IMG/VR virus record: IMGVR_UViG_3300036824_000037
Span: 64,817-128,816 of that record
DNA: 64,000 bases
Reading direction: 5' to 3' (one strand)
From: a virus
Lineage: Duplodnaviria > Caudoviricetes
Below the pieces are notes generated by a model. It was not told where the DNA came from and did no database searches. It saw nothing but the letters and a program-made list of their open reading frames with translations. Below are positions 45,220 through 55,157 of this stretch, piece after piece (within the stretch, counting starts at the first letter, position 1; each line of letters opens with the position of its first letter). The translations under genes and the position numbers were made by a program.

Positions 45220-46076
45220 CGGGGCTCACCGCCCTGCGCGTCGTCCACGGCGGGCATGACCTGCGTGGCCTCGGCGTCGCGGATCGTCGCGCCCGGGACC
45301 CGGTGCGGCAGGTTCGCCAGGCTGCGGTCACCCGGGTCCTCGTCCGGGACCGGCGGAGCGGTGCCGTCGGTGTGCACGGGGGAGCCGTTCGCCGTCACCG
45401 TGTACGTCACGAGGCCCGGGGTGCGACCCGTCTCCGTCAGTTCGGCCTCGGCCGGGCGGGGCGCGTCGTCGCGGATCACTGGGATCAGGCCCGTCTCCGC
45501 GGCCGGTTCGTGCGCGTGCACCGCCCGCGCGGCGATCGTGCGCCCGATCCGCTCGACCGCAGCCTTCGTCGCCGCTTCGTCGTCCAGGTCCAGCACCCCG
45601 GCCTCGACCGCGCCCGCCAGCCCGCGACCCAGCGCCTGCGCGCCCTCGGCATTGCGCTCCCCGCGCGTCTGCGCCTTCTCCGCGGCGAGCAACTCGTATC
45701 CGGAGCGCTTGTCCAACTCCGCGTGGTGGACCCGCAGCGCGTCGCTCAACCGTGTCGCGGACCAGTTGTGGCGCAGGCAGTCGGCGAGGACCGCGAGCAT
45801 GTTGTGGGCGACCACGGTGGGGTCGGTGTCCGGGCTGTGGTGGGCGTCGTCCCGCACATCGCCGGGGCGGTTCGTGGCGTGCTGGACCGGCGGGAAGATG
45901 AGCGTGTCCGCAGTCGGGTTCGGGAAGTCGTGCTCTCCGGCGGCGGTTCGGCGGTTCGGCGCGGTCACGTCAGCCGCGCGGGGGCCGAGCAGCCCGAACA
46001 GGCGGCGGCCCGGCTGGGCGCCGTTGGTGTCTTTGTGCGAGGCCTGATTGCCAGTTACTGTGAATGGCAACGCCAC
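45216..46076 (-). CDS. hypothetical protein
   Basis: AAGGGGAG RBS; long high-GC3 ORF. Confidence 0.6.
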   Translation of the reverse strand: MALPFTVTGNQASHKDTNGAQPGRRLFGLLGPRAADVTAPNRRTAAGEHDFPNPTADTLIFPPVQHATNRPGDVRDDAHHSPDTDPTVVAHNMLAVLADCLRHNWSATRLSDALRVHHAELDKRSGYELLAAEKAQTRGERNAEGAQALGRGLAGAVEAGVLDLDDEAATKAAVERIGRTIAARAVHAHEPAAETGLIPVIRDDAPRPAEAELTETGRTPGLVTYTVTANGSPVHTDGTAPPVPDEDPGDRSLANLPHRVPGATIRDAEATQVMPAVDDAQGGEPR

Positions 46077-46159
46077 CACACTCCCCTTCGTTGGCTGGAC
46101 TTGGTGGTTGTTCGACCGCTCCGGCCCGGACGCGACCCGGGCTAGGAGCGGTACTTCGT

Positions 46160-46438
46160 TTAGGAGGCGAGCAGGCGGCGCAGGCCCCGCTCGAGGTCCG
46201 CGTCGTCGACCTGCGCGGACTCGGGCGCGGGACCGGCGTTGAGGCACTTGGCGAGCACCGCGTCGACCTGCGCGGCGGTGAACCGGATCGCCGCCCGGAT
46301 CCCTGCGCCGACCCGCAGGTGCTCCCAGTACTGCTCCGGGTCGCGGGTCTTGCAGTGCGCGTAGACGAACGCGGTGGAGCGGCCCAGCAAAGTGGCCAAC
46401 TCCTGCACGTCGTAGGTGCGGCCCAGTTCCGCGCTCAC
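46160..46438 (-). CDS. excisionase-like HTH protein
   Basis: YDVQELATLLGRSTAFVY...H.RVG...IRFT. Confidence 0.75.
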   Translation of the reverse strand: MSAELGRTYDVQELATLLGRSTAFVYAHCKTRDPEQYWEHLRVGAGIRAAIRFTAAQVDAVLAKCLNAGPAPESAQVDDADLERGLRRLLAS

Positions 46439-46722
46439 GCCGCCACCAGCCCCTCGGCCGGCAGGCGCACCTTCACGATCCGCGCAAACGCCGACTCGAC
46501 CGTTATGCGGCGGCGGCCGGCGGCGTACAGGGCCAGAGCGGTCAGGGTCTCGTTCTCGGGCGGGCGTCCGCTCAGCGCCGGATAGAGGGTTTTCAGGGGG
46601 ATGCCGGTGTCGGCGGCGATACGGCCCACGTTCGGGCGCGCGGGCCCGGTCGCGGTCGCGGGATACCACCAGGCGGGGTCGCCCTTGCTGATCCAGGCGA
46701 TGCTCTCGGGGTCGATCACCAT
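46435..46722 (-). CDS. Cro-like HTH regulator
   Basis: IAADTGIPLKTLYPALSG; divergent from the repressor; start uncertain. Confidence 0.7.
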   Translation of the reverse strand: MVIDPESIAWISKGDPAWWYPATATGPARPNVGRIAADTGIPLKTLYPALSGRPPENETLTALALYAAGRRRITVESAFARIVKVRLPAEGLVAA

Positions 46723-46775
46723 GCACGCCCGGCGTGCGGGACCCGGTGACGCTTCTCGCTCACGGGATTCTCTCA

Positions 46776-47017
46776 CACGAGAGAGACTACTCTTCTTCTT
46801 CCCTGCGCGGAAGGAAATGGGGATGCCGCGTGTAACGGTTCGGCCACAGCCCCTGCACGGCGGCGACGGCGCACAGGGCACTGAGATGTCGCCGCCCTAT
46901 GGCCTTGCGCGCTCCTGGCGCTTACGTTCGTGGTGCGACCAGTGCGCGAGGCGTGCGCGCGCCCGCTACGATTCCCGTGTACGAGAAAAACCCGAGGTCT
47001 TGTGCACGAGAGAGACT
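46776..47017. promoter_or_regulatory. immunity switch region with repeated operators
   Basis: CACGAGAGAGACT direct repeat at 46776 and 47005; partial ACACGAGAG at 47891. Confidence 0.6.
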
Positions 47018-47038
47018 CCGACGACGCGAGGCGACCCG

Positions 47039-47773
47039 ATGCCCCGGAAGACCACCTCCGCCACCCCCCCGCCGTCCGACACCGCAGCCCGCTGGGCCGC
47101 GTGGCTGCGCGGCGCCATGCGCCGCCGCTTCGGACCCGACTACCGCAACGTGGACCTCGTACGCGCCTCCGACCGCCAGATCAGAGACAACACCGTCTCG
47201 CGATGGCTGAGCGGCGCACTGGCCGAAGCCCCCAGCGTGCGCCTGGTCCGCATAGCCGCAACCGCGCTCGACGCGGATCCCGAGGAGGCACTGACCGCCG
47301 CCGGCTACCGGGAGGCGCCCCCACCCGGCGCCGCGACGAGCGGACCGCGCGCCGCCTGGTCCGCATGGCTGAAAGCAGCCGCCGGACACCCCGGGACACG
47401 GGAAGCCGACGCGCGCGCCGCCCTGGCCGCGATCTTCGGCGCGAAGACCGTCCACGCATGGTGGGAAGCCGAGCGGACCGCGAGCGCCGAGGACGTCATC
47501 ACCGTCGCCCGCGTCCTGGACCGCGACCCCGTCGAAGCGCTGCGCGCCGCCGGCCACGACGTGATCGCCGACGTGCTGGCCGAACCGAGGCACCTGACCC
47601 TCGTACGCACCAGCGAGCTGCCCGACGACGCGCGCCGCGAAGCCGAGGACTACGTGCGCCGCGAGGAGGACGCCCTCGTCGCGCGCATCGCCCAGTACAT
47701 GCAGTGGGCGCGCGACGGCGCGCGCATCCGCGCAGAACGGGAGCGCGACGGCAACGGCCACGCTGCGTCGTAA
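47039..47773 (+). CDS. CI-like immunity repressor with two tandem XRE-like domains
   Basis: WAAWL...TVSRW...ALDADPEEALTAAGY and WSAWL...TVHAW...VLDRDPVEALRAAGH. Confidence 0.8.
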   Translation: MPRKTTSATPPPSDTAARWAAWLRGAMRRRFGPDYRNVDLVRASDRQIRDNTVSRWLSGALAEAPSVRLVRIAATALDADPEEALTAAGYREAPPPGAATSGPRAAWSAWLKAAAGHPGTREADARAALAAIFGAKTVHAWWEAERTASAEDVITVARVLDRDPVEALRAAGHDVIADVLAEPRHLTLVRTSELPDDARREAEDYVRREEDALVARIAQYMQWARDGARIRAERERDGNGHAAS

Positions 47774-47908
47774 AACGCGGCACACGCGTAACGTCGCTGA
47801 ATCGAGTGAACATGGTTCCCAACCGCACACACACGCCTACTCTGTGGTGTGGGTACGGGTCACGGCTTCAGGCCGCCAGGGGAGAAGTGGACACGAGAGG
47901 ATGAGCGC

Positions 47909-48217
47909 GTGATCAATGCTCCATCCGGTCTGAGCGTCAACACGCCGAGCGGGGCCACGCTGGCCGTGGCCCTGTGCGCGGTCCTCGCCGGGGGCGCTGT
48001 CGCGGCCCGGTCGTACCGCGCCGCGCGGCGTAAGCCGAGCGCAGGCACGGGAATCGCGTGGCTCGACGCGCACAGCAACGACGAGCTGCGTGACATGGGG
48101 TCGATGCTGCTGGACATCGCCGAGGGGCGCCCCGAGCACGAGCAGGGCCGCGGCCGGCGACCCGTCCCCCTGCACCTGGTCGAGGGCCGCCTACGACCAG
48201 GGCGCCGCGGCGCCTGA
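47909..48217 (+). CDS. membrane-anchored hypothetical protein in the immunity region
   Basis: TM helix LAVALCAVLAGGAVAA. Confidence 0.5.
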   Translation: MINAPSGLSVNTPSGATLAVALCAVLAGGAVAARSYRAARRKPSAGTGIAWLDAHSNDELRDMGSMLLDIAEGRPEHEQGRGRRPVPLHLVEGRLRPGRRGA

Positions 48218-48237
48218 CCCGCAGGATCCGTACCACG

Positions 48238-49665
48238 TCACCCCGCGATCGGTGTCACGGCCGGCGTGTCCGCGTTCCCGATCCGCGCCATCAGCGCGCC
48301 CAGGCCCGCGACCAGGTCGTCGTCGACCTCGGGCAGCAGGTGCCCGTACCGGTCCTGCGTGATCTGGATCGACTTGTGGCCCAGCCGCCGGGAGATCGCG
48401 AGCAGCGGCGCCCCCGACGCGATCAGCAGCGCCACATGGGTGTGGCGCAGGTCGTGCACGCGCGGGATCTGCTCGAGCATCCCCGGGTGCCCGCACCACA
48501 CGATCTGCTGCGCCGTCAGCACGCTCAGCCCCCGCCGTCCGATCCCCGCCGCATGGTCGGCGCCCCGGCACGAACCGCACCGCGCCGACCTATATAAGGC
48601 CGGGCGCCAACGGCGGGTGTAGAAGGTGGAGTGCGTCCAGCGGCCCCCGTTCGGACCGGTGAACACGAGATCCTTCTTGCCCTTGCCTGCAAGATAGGGC
48701 AGCGCCATGTCCACCTGGTCGCCGTTGAGCCCGACCCGCCGCAGCGCCGCCTTCGTCTTTGGCGCGCCGAGATACCAGGACCCGTCGGCGTGCTGCTTCC
48801 ACGCCCGCCACACCCGGAACGCCGGCCGGCGCGCCATCACCTCGAAGTCGCGCACCTGCAGAGCGGCGCCCTCGTTGAACCGCAGCCCGGTGCCGACCAG
48901 CCACTGCGCGAAGTCGCGGGCGTCGGGGTCGGTGAACTGGCCGAGCAGCAGCCCGACCTCCTCGGGGGAGAGGAACACCATCTCCTCGTCGCCCTCCCCG
49001 TCCTCCAATGAGGGCAGGTGTTTGGAGGATTCGGCGCAGGGGTTGCGGGTGCGCAGCGGTGCTTCGCGGTCCACCGCCGTCTGCATGATCGAGTACATGA
49101 GGCCGTGCAGGTTGCGGATCGTCTTGGGCGACAGCGGTTCGCGCAGCCACACCGGCTCACCTGACGGCGACTCGTCCGCGTCGGGGTCCGTGATGCCCGC
49201 GCGCAATCCGGCGATCCACGCGCCGAGACTCTGCGGGCTGATGCTTTCCGGGTCGCGCACGTCCATCTCGCCGAACGCGGGGATCAGATGGTTGTCCAGG
49301 ATGCGGCGGTAGCGGCCCGCGGTGCCCGACTCCAAACCGGAGGCGACGCCGTCCAGCCACCGACTGGCGAACTCGGCGAAGGGCAGCGGCGGCCGGGCCT
49401 GAGCCTTGGCCAACTCCGCGCGGCGTCGCTCCAGCAGCGCCGCATCGACATACCCCACCCCGGGCACGTAGTTCGCAGGCCACTGATGCCCGTTCGCCTC
49501 AAGCGCCGCCTTGAACGCTTTCGCGTGCTTCTCGGTGCGCTGCGGCCCCTTCGCGGGGTTGAACGTCTCGGTCTTCTGCCCGCCGGTGCGGACGCCGCCG
49601 AGACGGAACTTCACGTCCCACACGGTGCCGCCGTCGGCCAGGGTGCGCGGTTTCAGGCTCGCCAT
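48238..49665 (-). CDS. int: tyrosine integrase
   Basis: TGLRFNE, PKT, HDLRHTH, RLGH, RYGH catalytic set. Confidence 0.95.
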   Translation of the reverse strand: MASLKPRTLADGGTVWDVKFRLGGVRTGGQKTETFNPAKGPQRTEKHAKAFKAALEANGHQWPANYVPGVGYVDAALLERRRAELAKAQARPPLPFAEFASRWLDGVASGLESGTAGRYRRILDNHLIPAFGEMDVRDPESISPQSLGAWIAGLRAGITDPDADESPSGEPVWLREPLSPKTIRNLHGLMYSIMQTAVDREAPLRTRNPCAESSKHLPSLEDGEGDEEMVFLSPEEVGLLLGQFTDPDARDFAQWLVGTGLRFNEGAALQVRDFEVMARRPAFRVWRAWKQHADGSWYLGAPKTKAALRRVGLNGDQVDMALPYLAGKGKKDLVFTGPNGGRWTHSTFYTRRWRPALYRSARCGSCRGADHAAGIGRRGLSVLTAQQIVWCGHPGMLEQIPRVHDLRHTHVALLIASGAPLLAISRRLGHKSIQITQDRYGHLLPEVDDDLVAGLGALMARIGNADTPAVTPIAG

Positions 49666-49717
49666 GGCCGTCATCATGCCCGCGCGAACCGGGCGAAAGA
49701 ACCCCGTTTTACCCACT

Positions 49718-49920
49718 CGTGATGTAGGACGTGCTGTAGAGAATCGGCCCTCGCTTGGATTGGTGCCGTTTCCCCTGGTGGAACCTATCAACCTGTGGTG
49801 CGCGAGGGGGGAGTTGAACCCCGATCCCTGTGCAGGTCAGCAGGTGGGTGGAGCTTCTGCTTTCGAAGTCTATCGACGTTTGTCGAGGTCTGTGCGGCCC
49901 CGTGATGTACGGTACAGCAC
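49718..49920. mobile_element. attP: attP; core 49796..49822 resembles the 3' end of an actinobacterial tRNA-Leu
   Basis: Minus strand GGGGTTCAACTCCCCCCTCGCGCACCA; arm-like GTG(A/C)TGTA at 49719, 49731, 49902 and inverted at 49913. Confidence 0.85.
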
Positions 49921-49955
49921 CCGCGATCAAGGCGCGGCGGGGCGTTCCGGAACGC

Positions 49956-49999
49956 GAAAAAGGGCGCCCCGCCCGGCCCGTGTGGGCCAAGCGGGGCGC
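49956..49999 (-). terminator. intrinsic terminator of the late operon
   Basis: GC-rich hairpin followed by TTTT on the minus strand. Confidence 0.7.
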
Positions 50000-50008
50000 G
50001 TAGACGTG

Positions 50009-50914
50009 TCAGGCGTTGCGGCGGGGCAGCCAGATGTTCCCGAGGATCAGCGGCAGCAGACCGCCGGGCGGCCCCTGGGGTGCTTTTCTGGGGGTGCTCG
50101 CGTCGGTCGCGGTGATGTCCGGGGTGAGGACCGGGGGCGGCGTGGGACTGGGCGTGGGGCTGCTCGGCGCGAGTGTCGCCGTGGGTGTGTCGCTGACGAT
50201 CGGCCCGGCTGTCGGGGACGCGCTGCCGCTGGGGCTTGGTGACGGTGACGCGGCGGGCTGTTCGCACACGAGCGCCTGGCGTCCGTTGATCGTCTCCGGG
50301 GTGGGGCTGTATCCGCTCGGGCACGCCGGGCCGGGTTGCCCTTGCGCGCCTTGCGGACCTGGCGGCCCAGCGGGGCCAGCCGGCCCTTGTTCGCCGACGC
50401 CGGGCGCACCGCTCGGCCCGGCACTCCCTTGGGGACCTGGCGGCCCGCTCGGGGCCGGGTGAACGCTCATGTAGTTGCCGACCGCAGTGGCGACCTGCGC
50501 GTCCGACGGTGGCGGACCGGGCGACGGCGGATGCTCGATGAGATACGCGGCCACCACGGTCGTCAGCGCGTCCGTGCTGACGCTTGGCTGTGGCGGGTGC
50601 TGCGCGAGATACCCGTCGACCGCCGCCTGCACCTGCGCGTCCGACGGTCCGGGGCCTTGGGGCCCGGCGGGTCCGGCCTGTCCGATAATCTGCGCGGGCG
50701 GTGGCGCCGACGGTGTGATGCCGTGCGAGGTGAGCTGGTGTTCCGTGGTCAACAGGGCCGACGCGAACTGGTCGTTCGTGACCTTCAGCGCCGCGATCTG
50801 TTGCGCCGCGGCGCGCTCCTGAAGCAGCAGGAACACGATCAGCCCCACGACCACGACCGCGATGAGGCCGCCCAGCGCCCAGGCCGTACTCAGTCCCCGT
50901 CGCGACAACGTCAT
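50009..50914 (-). CDS. membrane-anchored collagen-like repeat protein (lysis-associated)
   Basis: N-terminal TM, coiled coil, (Gly-X-Y)n, duplicated PSDAQV..AV..Y motif. Confidence 0.8.
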   Translation of the reverse strand: MTLSRRGLSTAWALGGLIAVVVVGLIVFLLLQERAAAQQIAALKVTNDQFASALLTTEHQLTSHGITPSAPPPAQIIGQAGPAGPQGPGPSDAQVQAAVDGYLAQHPPQPSVSTDALTTVVAAYLIEHPPSPGPPPSDAQVATAVGNYMSVHPAPSGPPGPQGSAGPSGAPGVGEQGPAGPAGPPGPQGAQGQPGPACPSGYSPTPETINGRQALVCEQPAASPSPSPSGSASPTAGPIVSDTPTATLAPSSPTPSPTPPPVLTPDITATDASTPRKAPQGPPGGLLPLILGNIWLPRRNA

Positions 50915-50915
50915 C

Positions 50916-51368
50916 TCAACGGATGCCTTTCGCCGTGAGTAGCGCCGTCACCCACGCGCCGAGCAGTGCCGCGACCACCGCGCCCACCACCGTGAACACG
51001 GTGATCTTCAGTTGGCGGGACCACTCCGTGCGCTTGGCCGCCTTCTGCTCGAGCTCGGTGCGCACCGCCTTGACCTCGGCCTTGAATTCCGCCCGTAGCG
51101 CCTCGATCGCCTTCGCGAGGTCGTCGTCCCGCGCGACCAGCGCCGCGCGCCGCTCGAGCGAGGTCTTGTCGACCCGGGCGAACGCCGCACTGGTGTCGGT
51201 TTCCAAGTGCTTGACGTCGTCCGCGAGCGCCCGGTGCTCGGACCCCCACAGCTCGGTGGGCACCATCGCCTTGGCGAGCCCGGTGATGCGGTCGTCGGTG
51301 GCGCGCTGGTCCCTCTCGATGCGGTCGAACCGGCGGGAGATCTCCCCGGGGGTCATCTCGTCGGCCAC
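50916..51368 (-). CDS. coiled-coil protein with C-terminal TM (holin-like accessory)
   Basis: Position after the endolysin; C-terminal TM. Confidence 0.65.
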   Translation of the reverse strand: MADEMTPGEISRRFDRIERDQRATDDRITGLAKAMVPTELWGSEHRALADDVKHLETDTSAAFARVDKTSLERRAALVARDDDLAKAIEALRAEFKAEVKAVRTELEQKAAKRTEWSRQLKITVFTVVGAVVAALLGAWVTALLTAKGIR

Positions 51369-51423
51369 GGGACGGCCCTTCTCGTTGCGCTGGGCCGGGG
51401 CAGGATGGAGCCGGGCGCGCTGC

Positions 51424-52329
51424 CTAGTAGAGGTCCGCGCCGACGACGCCGGTGCCGGACTCGAAGACGAGGGAGAGCTTGTTCGCGTCCGCGGTCAGCG
51501 GGATGCTGGTCGCCCCGTCGGTGGACGCGACGGTGTAGGTCTTGATGCTGTTCCAGCCTTTGGCGCTGAAGCTGAAGATCGCGACCCGCACCTGCGCGGT
51601 CCCGAAGTCGTTCGCCAGGGTGAGCGTGCAGCCGCCGCCGAGTACCGCGGCCGGGGGTGTGACGACTCGCGCGGCGCCCTGCTCCAGATCGATGTGCATC
51701 TCGTTCCTCCACTCGCGCGACGCCGCAGCGACGACCGCAGGATTGGGCAGTCGTCCGGGCATCCATTGCCCGTAGTCGGCGGCCATCGCCTGGTTCACGT
51801 CGACCTGCACGCCGCCGATCGTCGCGGACCCGGTCTGGCGGATGGTGGCGCGCCCGTCCCACTGGCCGCCGGACCAGGCGAGGGTCTGCCACGCCCACTG
51901 GGTGGCGCCGGCGTCGAGCGCGGTTTTGAGCGGGTAGTAGCCGCCATATTCGCCAGCCTGGGACCAGCCGAGCACGCTGTCGGCGCCGGCCAGGTACGCC
52001 AGGACTGCCGCTTCCTGGGCGGGGGTGACGTCCCAGTCGGCGCTGAAGTAGATCGGGCGCCCGGACGGCATGCCTGCGGCTGCGGCCTGCTCGAGCGCGA
52101 GTTGTGCGTCGGCGACGCCGCCCGCGTAGCCGCGCAGCATGTCCTGGGCGCCGTACTCCCAGTTGCTGACGACCCAGATGCCGTGCGCCGCGAGCGACTG
52201 GGCCTCGGCGGGCGTGAGATTCTTCGTCGCGTCGCGGCTGAGGTAGCGGCAGGCGAAGGTGTAGCCGGCTGCGGCGATCGCGGCCGGGTCGGGCTTGGTC
52301 CAGGCGTAGTCGATGCCGAGCACCGTCAC
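51424..52329 (-). CDS. endolysin, DUF1906/Rv2525c-like glycoside hydrolase
   Basis: GIDYAW, FACRYLS, KNLT, PIYFSADWD, WQTLAWS. Confidence 0.88.
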   Translation of the reverse strand: MTVLGIDYAWTKPDPAAIAAAGYTFACRYLSRDATKNLTPAEAQSLAAHGIWVVSNWEYGAQDMLRGYAGGVADAQLALEQAAAAGMPSGRPIYFSADWDVTPAQEAAVLAYLAGADSVLGWSQAGEYGGYYPLKTALDAGATQWAWQTLAWSGGQWDGRATIRQTGSATIGGVQVDVNQAMAADYGQWMPGRLPNPAVVAAASREWRNEMHIDLEQGAARVVTPPAAVLGGGCTLTLANDFGTAQVRVAIFSFSAKGWNSIKTYTVASTDGATSIPLTADANKLSLVFESGTGVVGADLY

Positions 52330-52622
52330 TGCGCTCCACCTCCGGCCTGTTCGTGAGCGTCAGCGATGTGCTCGGCTGTGATCCTCGCGGGCACCGTTGG
52401 ATGGTGTTTGCGGCACGCTTTGTACGGTGTGCCGGCCACGGGGTGCGTGCCGGGTCGCCAGCAGAACCGGGGGTGGTTCACGTGGCAGGTGTGGTGGTAC
52501 CAGAACGCGACCGCGGCGGCGGGGATCGAGAATTCCGTGAGGCACGAACCGAAACCGGACCAAAACCCCGACCAGTAGCTCGGGCCGTCCAGGCCGAGGA
52601 CGTGCGCGAGCCAGTGGGTCAC
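52326..52622 (-). CDS. small membrane protein with Cys/His C-terminus (holin candidate)
   Basis: FWSGFG, TM, CHV...CWR...CRKHHP. Confidence 0.65.
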   Translation of the reverse strand: MTHWLAHVLGLDGPSYWSGFWSGFGSCLTEFSIPAAAVAFWYHHTCHVNHPRFCWRPGTHPVAGTPYKACRKHHPTVPARITAEHIADAHEQAGGGAQ

Positions 52623-52629
52623 CTTGACG

Positions 52630-53175
52630 TCACCGCGCGGCGGCGGCCTTCGCCGCGGCTTGGATCATGTGCTGGTGAATGGCGTCGACACGCGCCCGCG
52701 CCTCGGCCGCTACGTACGGGTCGCGGATCACGACAACGGTGTTGTCCTGCCTGGCCTCGCCGGAGTCGGACCAGTTCGTGGACCCGGTCACGACGTCGAT
52801 CCCGTCGATAATCAGCACCTTGAGATGCATTATGGCGTTCTTCTCGCTACGGCCGGTCGCCACCGAGTTCGCCGGGAATCCCGCCTTGGCCAGCAGCGCC
52901 TTCTCGTGCACGCCCGCCGCCTGGCTTGAGTCGAGCGTGAGCTGCACGAACACGCCCGCGTCGTCGAGCTTCGCGTGCATCGCCTCGGTGAGCGCGTCGT
53001 CATCGAACCCGTACATCGCGCACACCAGGGACTGGCGCGCGGATGTGACGAGATCGACGAGGGCCGCGTGGACCTGGTCGACGGGGCTGTAGAGCGTGCG
53101 TAGGTTCGCCGGGTAGCCGGCCGGGTAGCCGCCGCTCTTGTGCTTGTCGAGGTCGGCGAGGCTTGCCAGCGCCAT
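52630..53175 (-). CDS. phospholipase D-family protein, single HKD motif
   Basis: [25 protein letters not shown]. Confidence 0.88.
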   Translation of the reverse strand: MALASLADLDKHKSGGYPAGYPANLRTLYSPVDQVHAALVDLVTSARQSLVCAMYGFDDDALTEAMHAKLDDAGVFVQLTLDSSQAAGVHEKALLAKAGFPANSVATGRSEKNAIMHLKVLIIDGIDVVTGSTNWSDSGEARQDNTVVVIRDPYVAAEARARVDAIHQHMIQAAAKAAAAR

Positions 53176-54533
53176 CAGAGCATCCCCGCGAGGGCGTTCA
53201 ACAGGAGCTGTTCGACGTCCACGGACGGGCCCGCGGGTGGGATCTTGAAGTGCCCGAGGTGACCGTACACGGTCATCGCGCCCCCGGCGATGCCCGGATA
53301 GTCGGTGTCCCAGCCGCACGCGTAGTGCAGCGCGCCGCCGCTGGTGAGGAGTTCGTTGCTGGGGATGTACGCGGGGTCCTCGTTGGCGTAGCCGCACACC
53401 CAGATCCCGGCGGTACCGCCGTAGGTGGCGCGCAGGTAGACGGCATATCCGGAGACGAGTTCCCCGCCGGTCAGGGCGAGGCGCAGCGCCGGGGCGCCCT
53501 GCAAAGTCCAGGTCTGCACGGGAACGTTCACGCTGGTCGCGAAGCTGTTCGCGTCGATCTGCGCGATCATCGCCTGGGCGTGGCGCCGATAGTAGCTCGG
53601 CAGGCCCAGGTTGCCTTCGCGGGCCACGTAGTCGGCGCGCACCGCGGCGAGGTTGCTCGGGCTGGTGGTGATGTCCAGCGGCACCGTCAGGTCGGTATAC
53701 GCGGTGTCGATCGGACCGGTGACCGAGCGGCCCGGGTGCGCCGCCGCCGTGAGGACCGCGGCGCCGAGGCTCTGCCCGAGCGACGACACGAGGGCGAACG
53801 AGCGGGCGCCGACGGGGTCCTGGTCGCCGGCCGCGCCGAGCAGGAACTGGGCGAACACGCCGGGCTTCTGCGCTTCGATGTACGCGCACGCGGCGCCGGG
53901 ATAGTCCGGGTCGGCGAGGGTCTGCCAGCCCCCGGCGACGGGGTGCGCGCCGTATCCGAACAGCACCGCGAGCAGGTGCCCGGCCGTGTCGCGGGCGCAG
54001 AGCATGGGCACGGTCGTCTCGACGTACGGCAGTCCCTCGCGGTTCGCGCTGAAGCTCTGCGTGGTGCTCTGGTAGTCCAGGGTGCACGGGATCTGCGTCG
54101 CGGCGAGAGCCGCCTGCACTGCGGCGACGGCGCCGTTCAGCACCTGCGCGGTGTACGCCTGCAACGCCGTGTCCGCGGTGGACCCCGGTACCACGTTATA
54201 TGCGATCAGCGGGTCGAGTTCCCCCGCGACGGCGCCCCCGTTGTGGGTGTGCGTCGCCGTGATGACCAGATCCTCGTGCCCGATCGGCGTGCCGGGCGGC
54301 CCCATCGGCTCGACCTGCGTGCGGATCGCCAAGTTCAGGGCGCGGGGGATCGCGAGCGTGTCGAGCGACACGATCACGTTGGGCCAACCCGAATCCCACA
54401 GGATCGTGCACCGGGCATACAAGGGCGCGTTGCTGCCGGTGGACAGGCGCGGGGTGTCGCTGCCCAGGCCGGCCAGTGGCGTGCCGGGCGGCGGGGTGAT
54501 GTCGACCTTGGCTGTCGAGATCGCGAGAGGCAC
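53175..54533 (-). CDS. neutral/alkaline ceramidase-like Zn amidohydrolase
   Basis: [47 protein letters not shown]. Confidence 0.82.
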   Translation of the reverse strand: MPLAISTAKVDITPPPGTPLAGLGSDTPRLSTGSNAPLYARCTILWDSGWPNVIVSLDTLAIPRALNLAIRTQVEPMGPPGTPIGHEDLVITATHTHNGGAVAGELDPLIAYNVVPGSTADTALQAYTAQVLNGAVAAVQAALAATQIPCTLDYQSTTQSFSANREGLPYVETTVPMLCARDTAGHLLAVLFGYGAHPVAGGWQTLADPDYPGAACAYIEAQKPGVFAQFLLGAAGDQDPVGARSFALVSSLGQSLGAAVLTAAAHPGRSVTGPIDTAYTDLTVPLDITTSPSNLAAVRADYVAREGNLGLPSYYRRHAQAMIAQIDANSFATSVNVPVQTWTLQGAPALRLALTGGELVSGYAVYLRATYGGTAGIWVCGYANEDPAYIPSNELLTSGGALHYACGWDTDYPGIAGGAMTVYGHLGHFKIPPAGPSVDVEQLLLNALAGML

Positions 54534-54565
54534 GCGGGGCCGCCGTTCACTGAGGGCAGATATCA

Positions 54566-55105
54566 TCAGGTGTGCATCCACATGCATTGCATGTTGCTGG
54601 CGATGGTCGATACGACCGCGCTGGACAGGGCGCCGCCGGAGTTCTGGGTCGCCCACGCTTCGACGTAGTCGCCGACACTGAGCTGAATCAGTGCCGATGT
54701 TTCGATGCCCGGGTCGTTGAACGTCCCTGCGGCGAGCCCGGCATTCCAGCTATACGTGTACGCCGTACCGTTTTTATACAGCTGGATGGTGCGGTTCCCT
54801 GTGGCGTTCGCCGCGAAGACAACTCCCGCTTTGCAGTAGTACCAGCCGCTGACCTGCGCGGTGTACCGGCTGTTGTTGACGCTGTTGCTGTGGCCGCCGT
54901 AGGTGTCGAGCTGCTGCGCGTCGTACGTGATCGCGGCGGGCGTGCCGTTGGCGAACGACTGCGAGACGCCCTGCGTGATGACACACAAAGGCACATTGAG
55001 CAGGTAAGTCAGCGCGTCGCGGGTCGCGTTGAAGTACGCGCCGGCTTCGATCTCGCCGACCGTGAACGTTCTCGGGCTCGGGACGGCGAGGTTCGCCACG
55101 GGCAC
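54566..55105 (-). CDS. minor tail protein (C1q/beta-sandwich-like)
   Basis: VPSPRTFTVGE N-terminus; SRYTAQVSGWY; GDYVE. Confidence 0.75.
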   Translation of the reverse strand: MPVANLAVPSPRTFTVGEIEAGAYFNATRDALTYLLNVPLCVITQGVSQSFANGTPAAITYDAQQLDTYGGHSNSVNNSRYTAQVSGWYYCKAGVVFAANATGNRTIQLYKNGTAYTYSWNAGLAAGTFNDPGIETSALIQLSVGDYVEAWATQNSGGALSSAVVSTIASNMQCMWMHT

Positions 55106-55157
55106 ACCTCCGGCGAGTACTTAGGGACCGGACGAGGCGCGGTAGTGCGTCAGGGGG

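Noticed and set aside
49796-49822. tRNA-Leu gene
   Set aside because: Only the T arm and acceptor 3' strand are present; this is the attP core.
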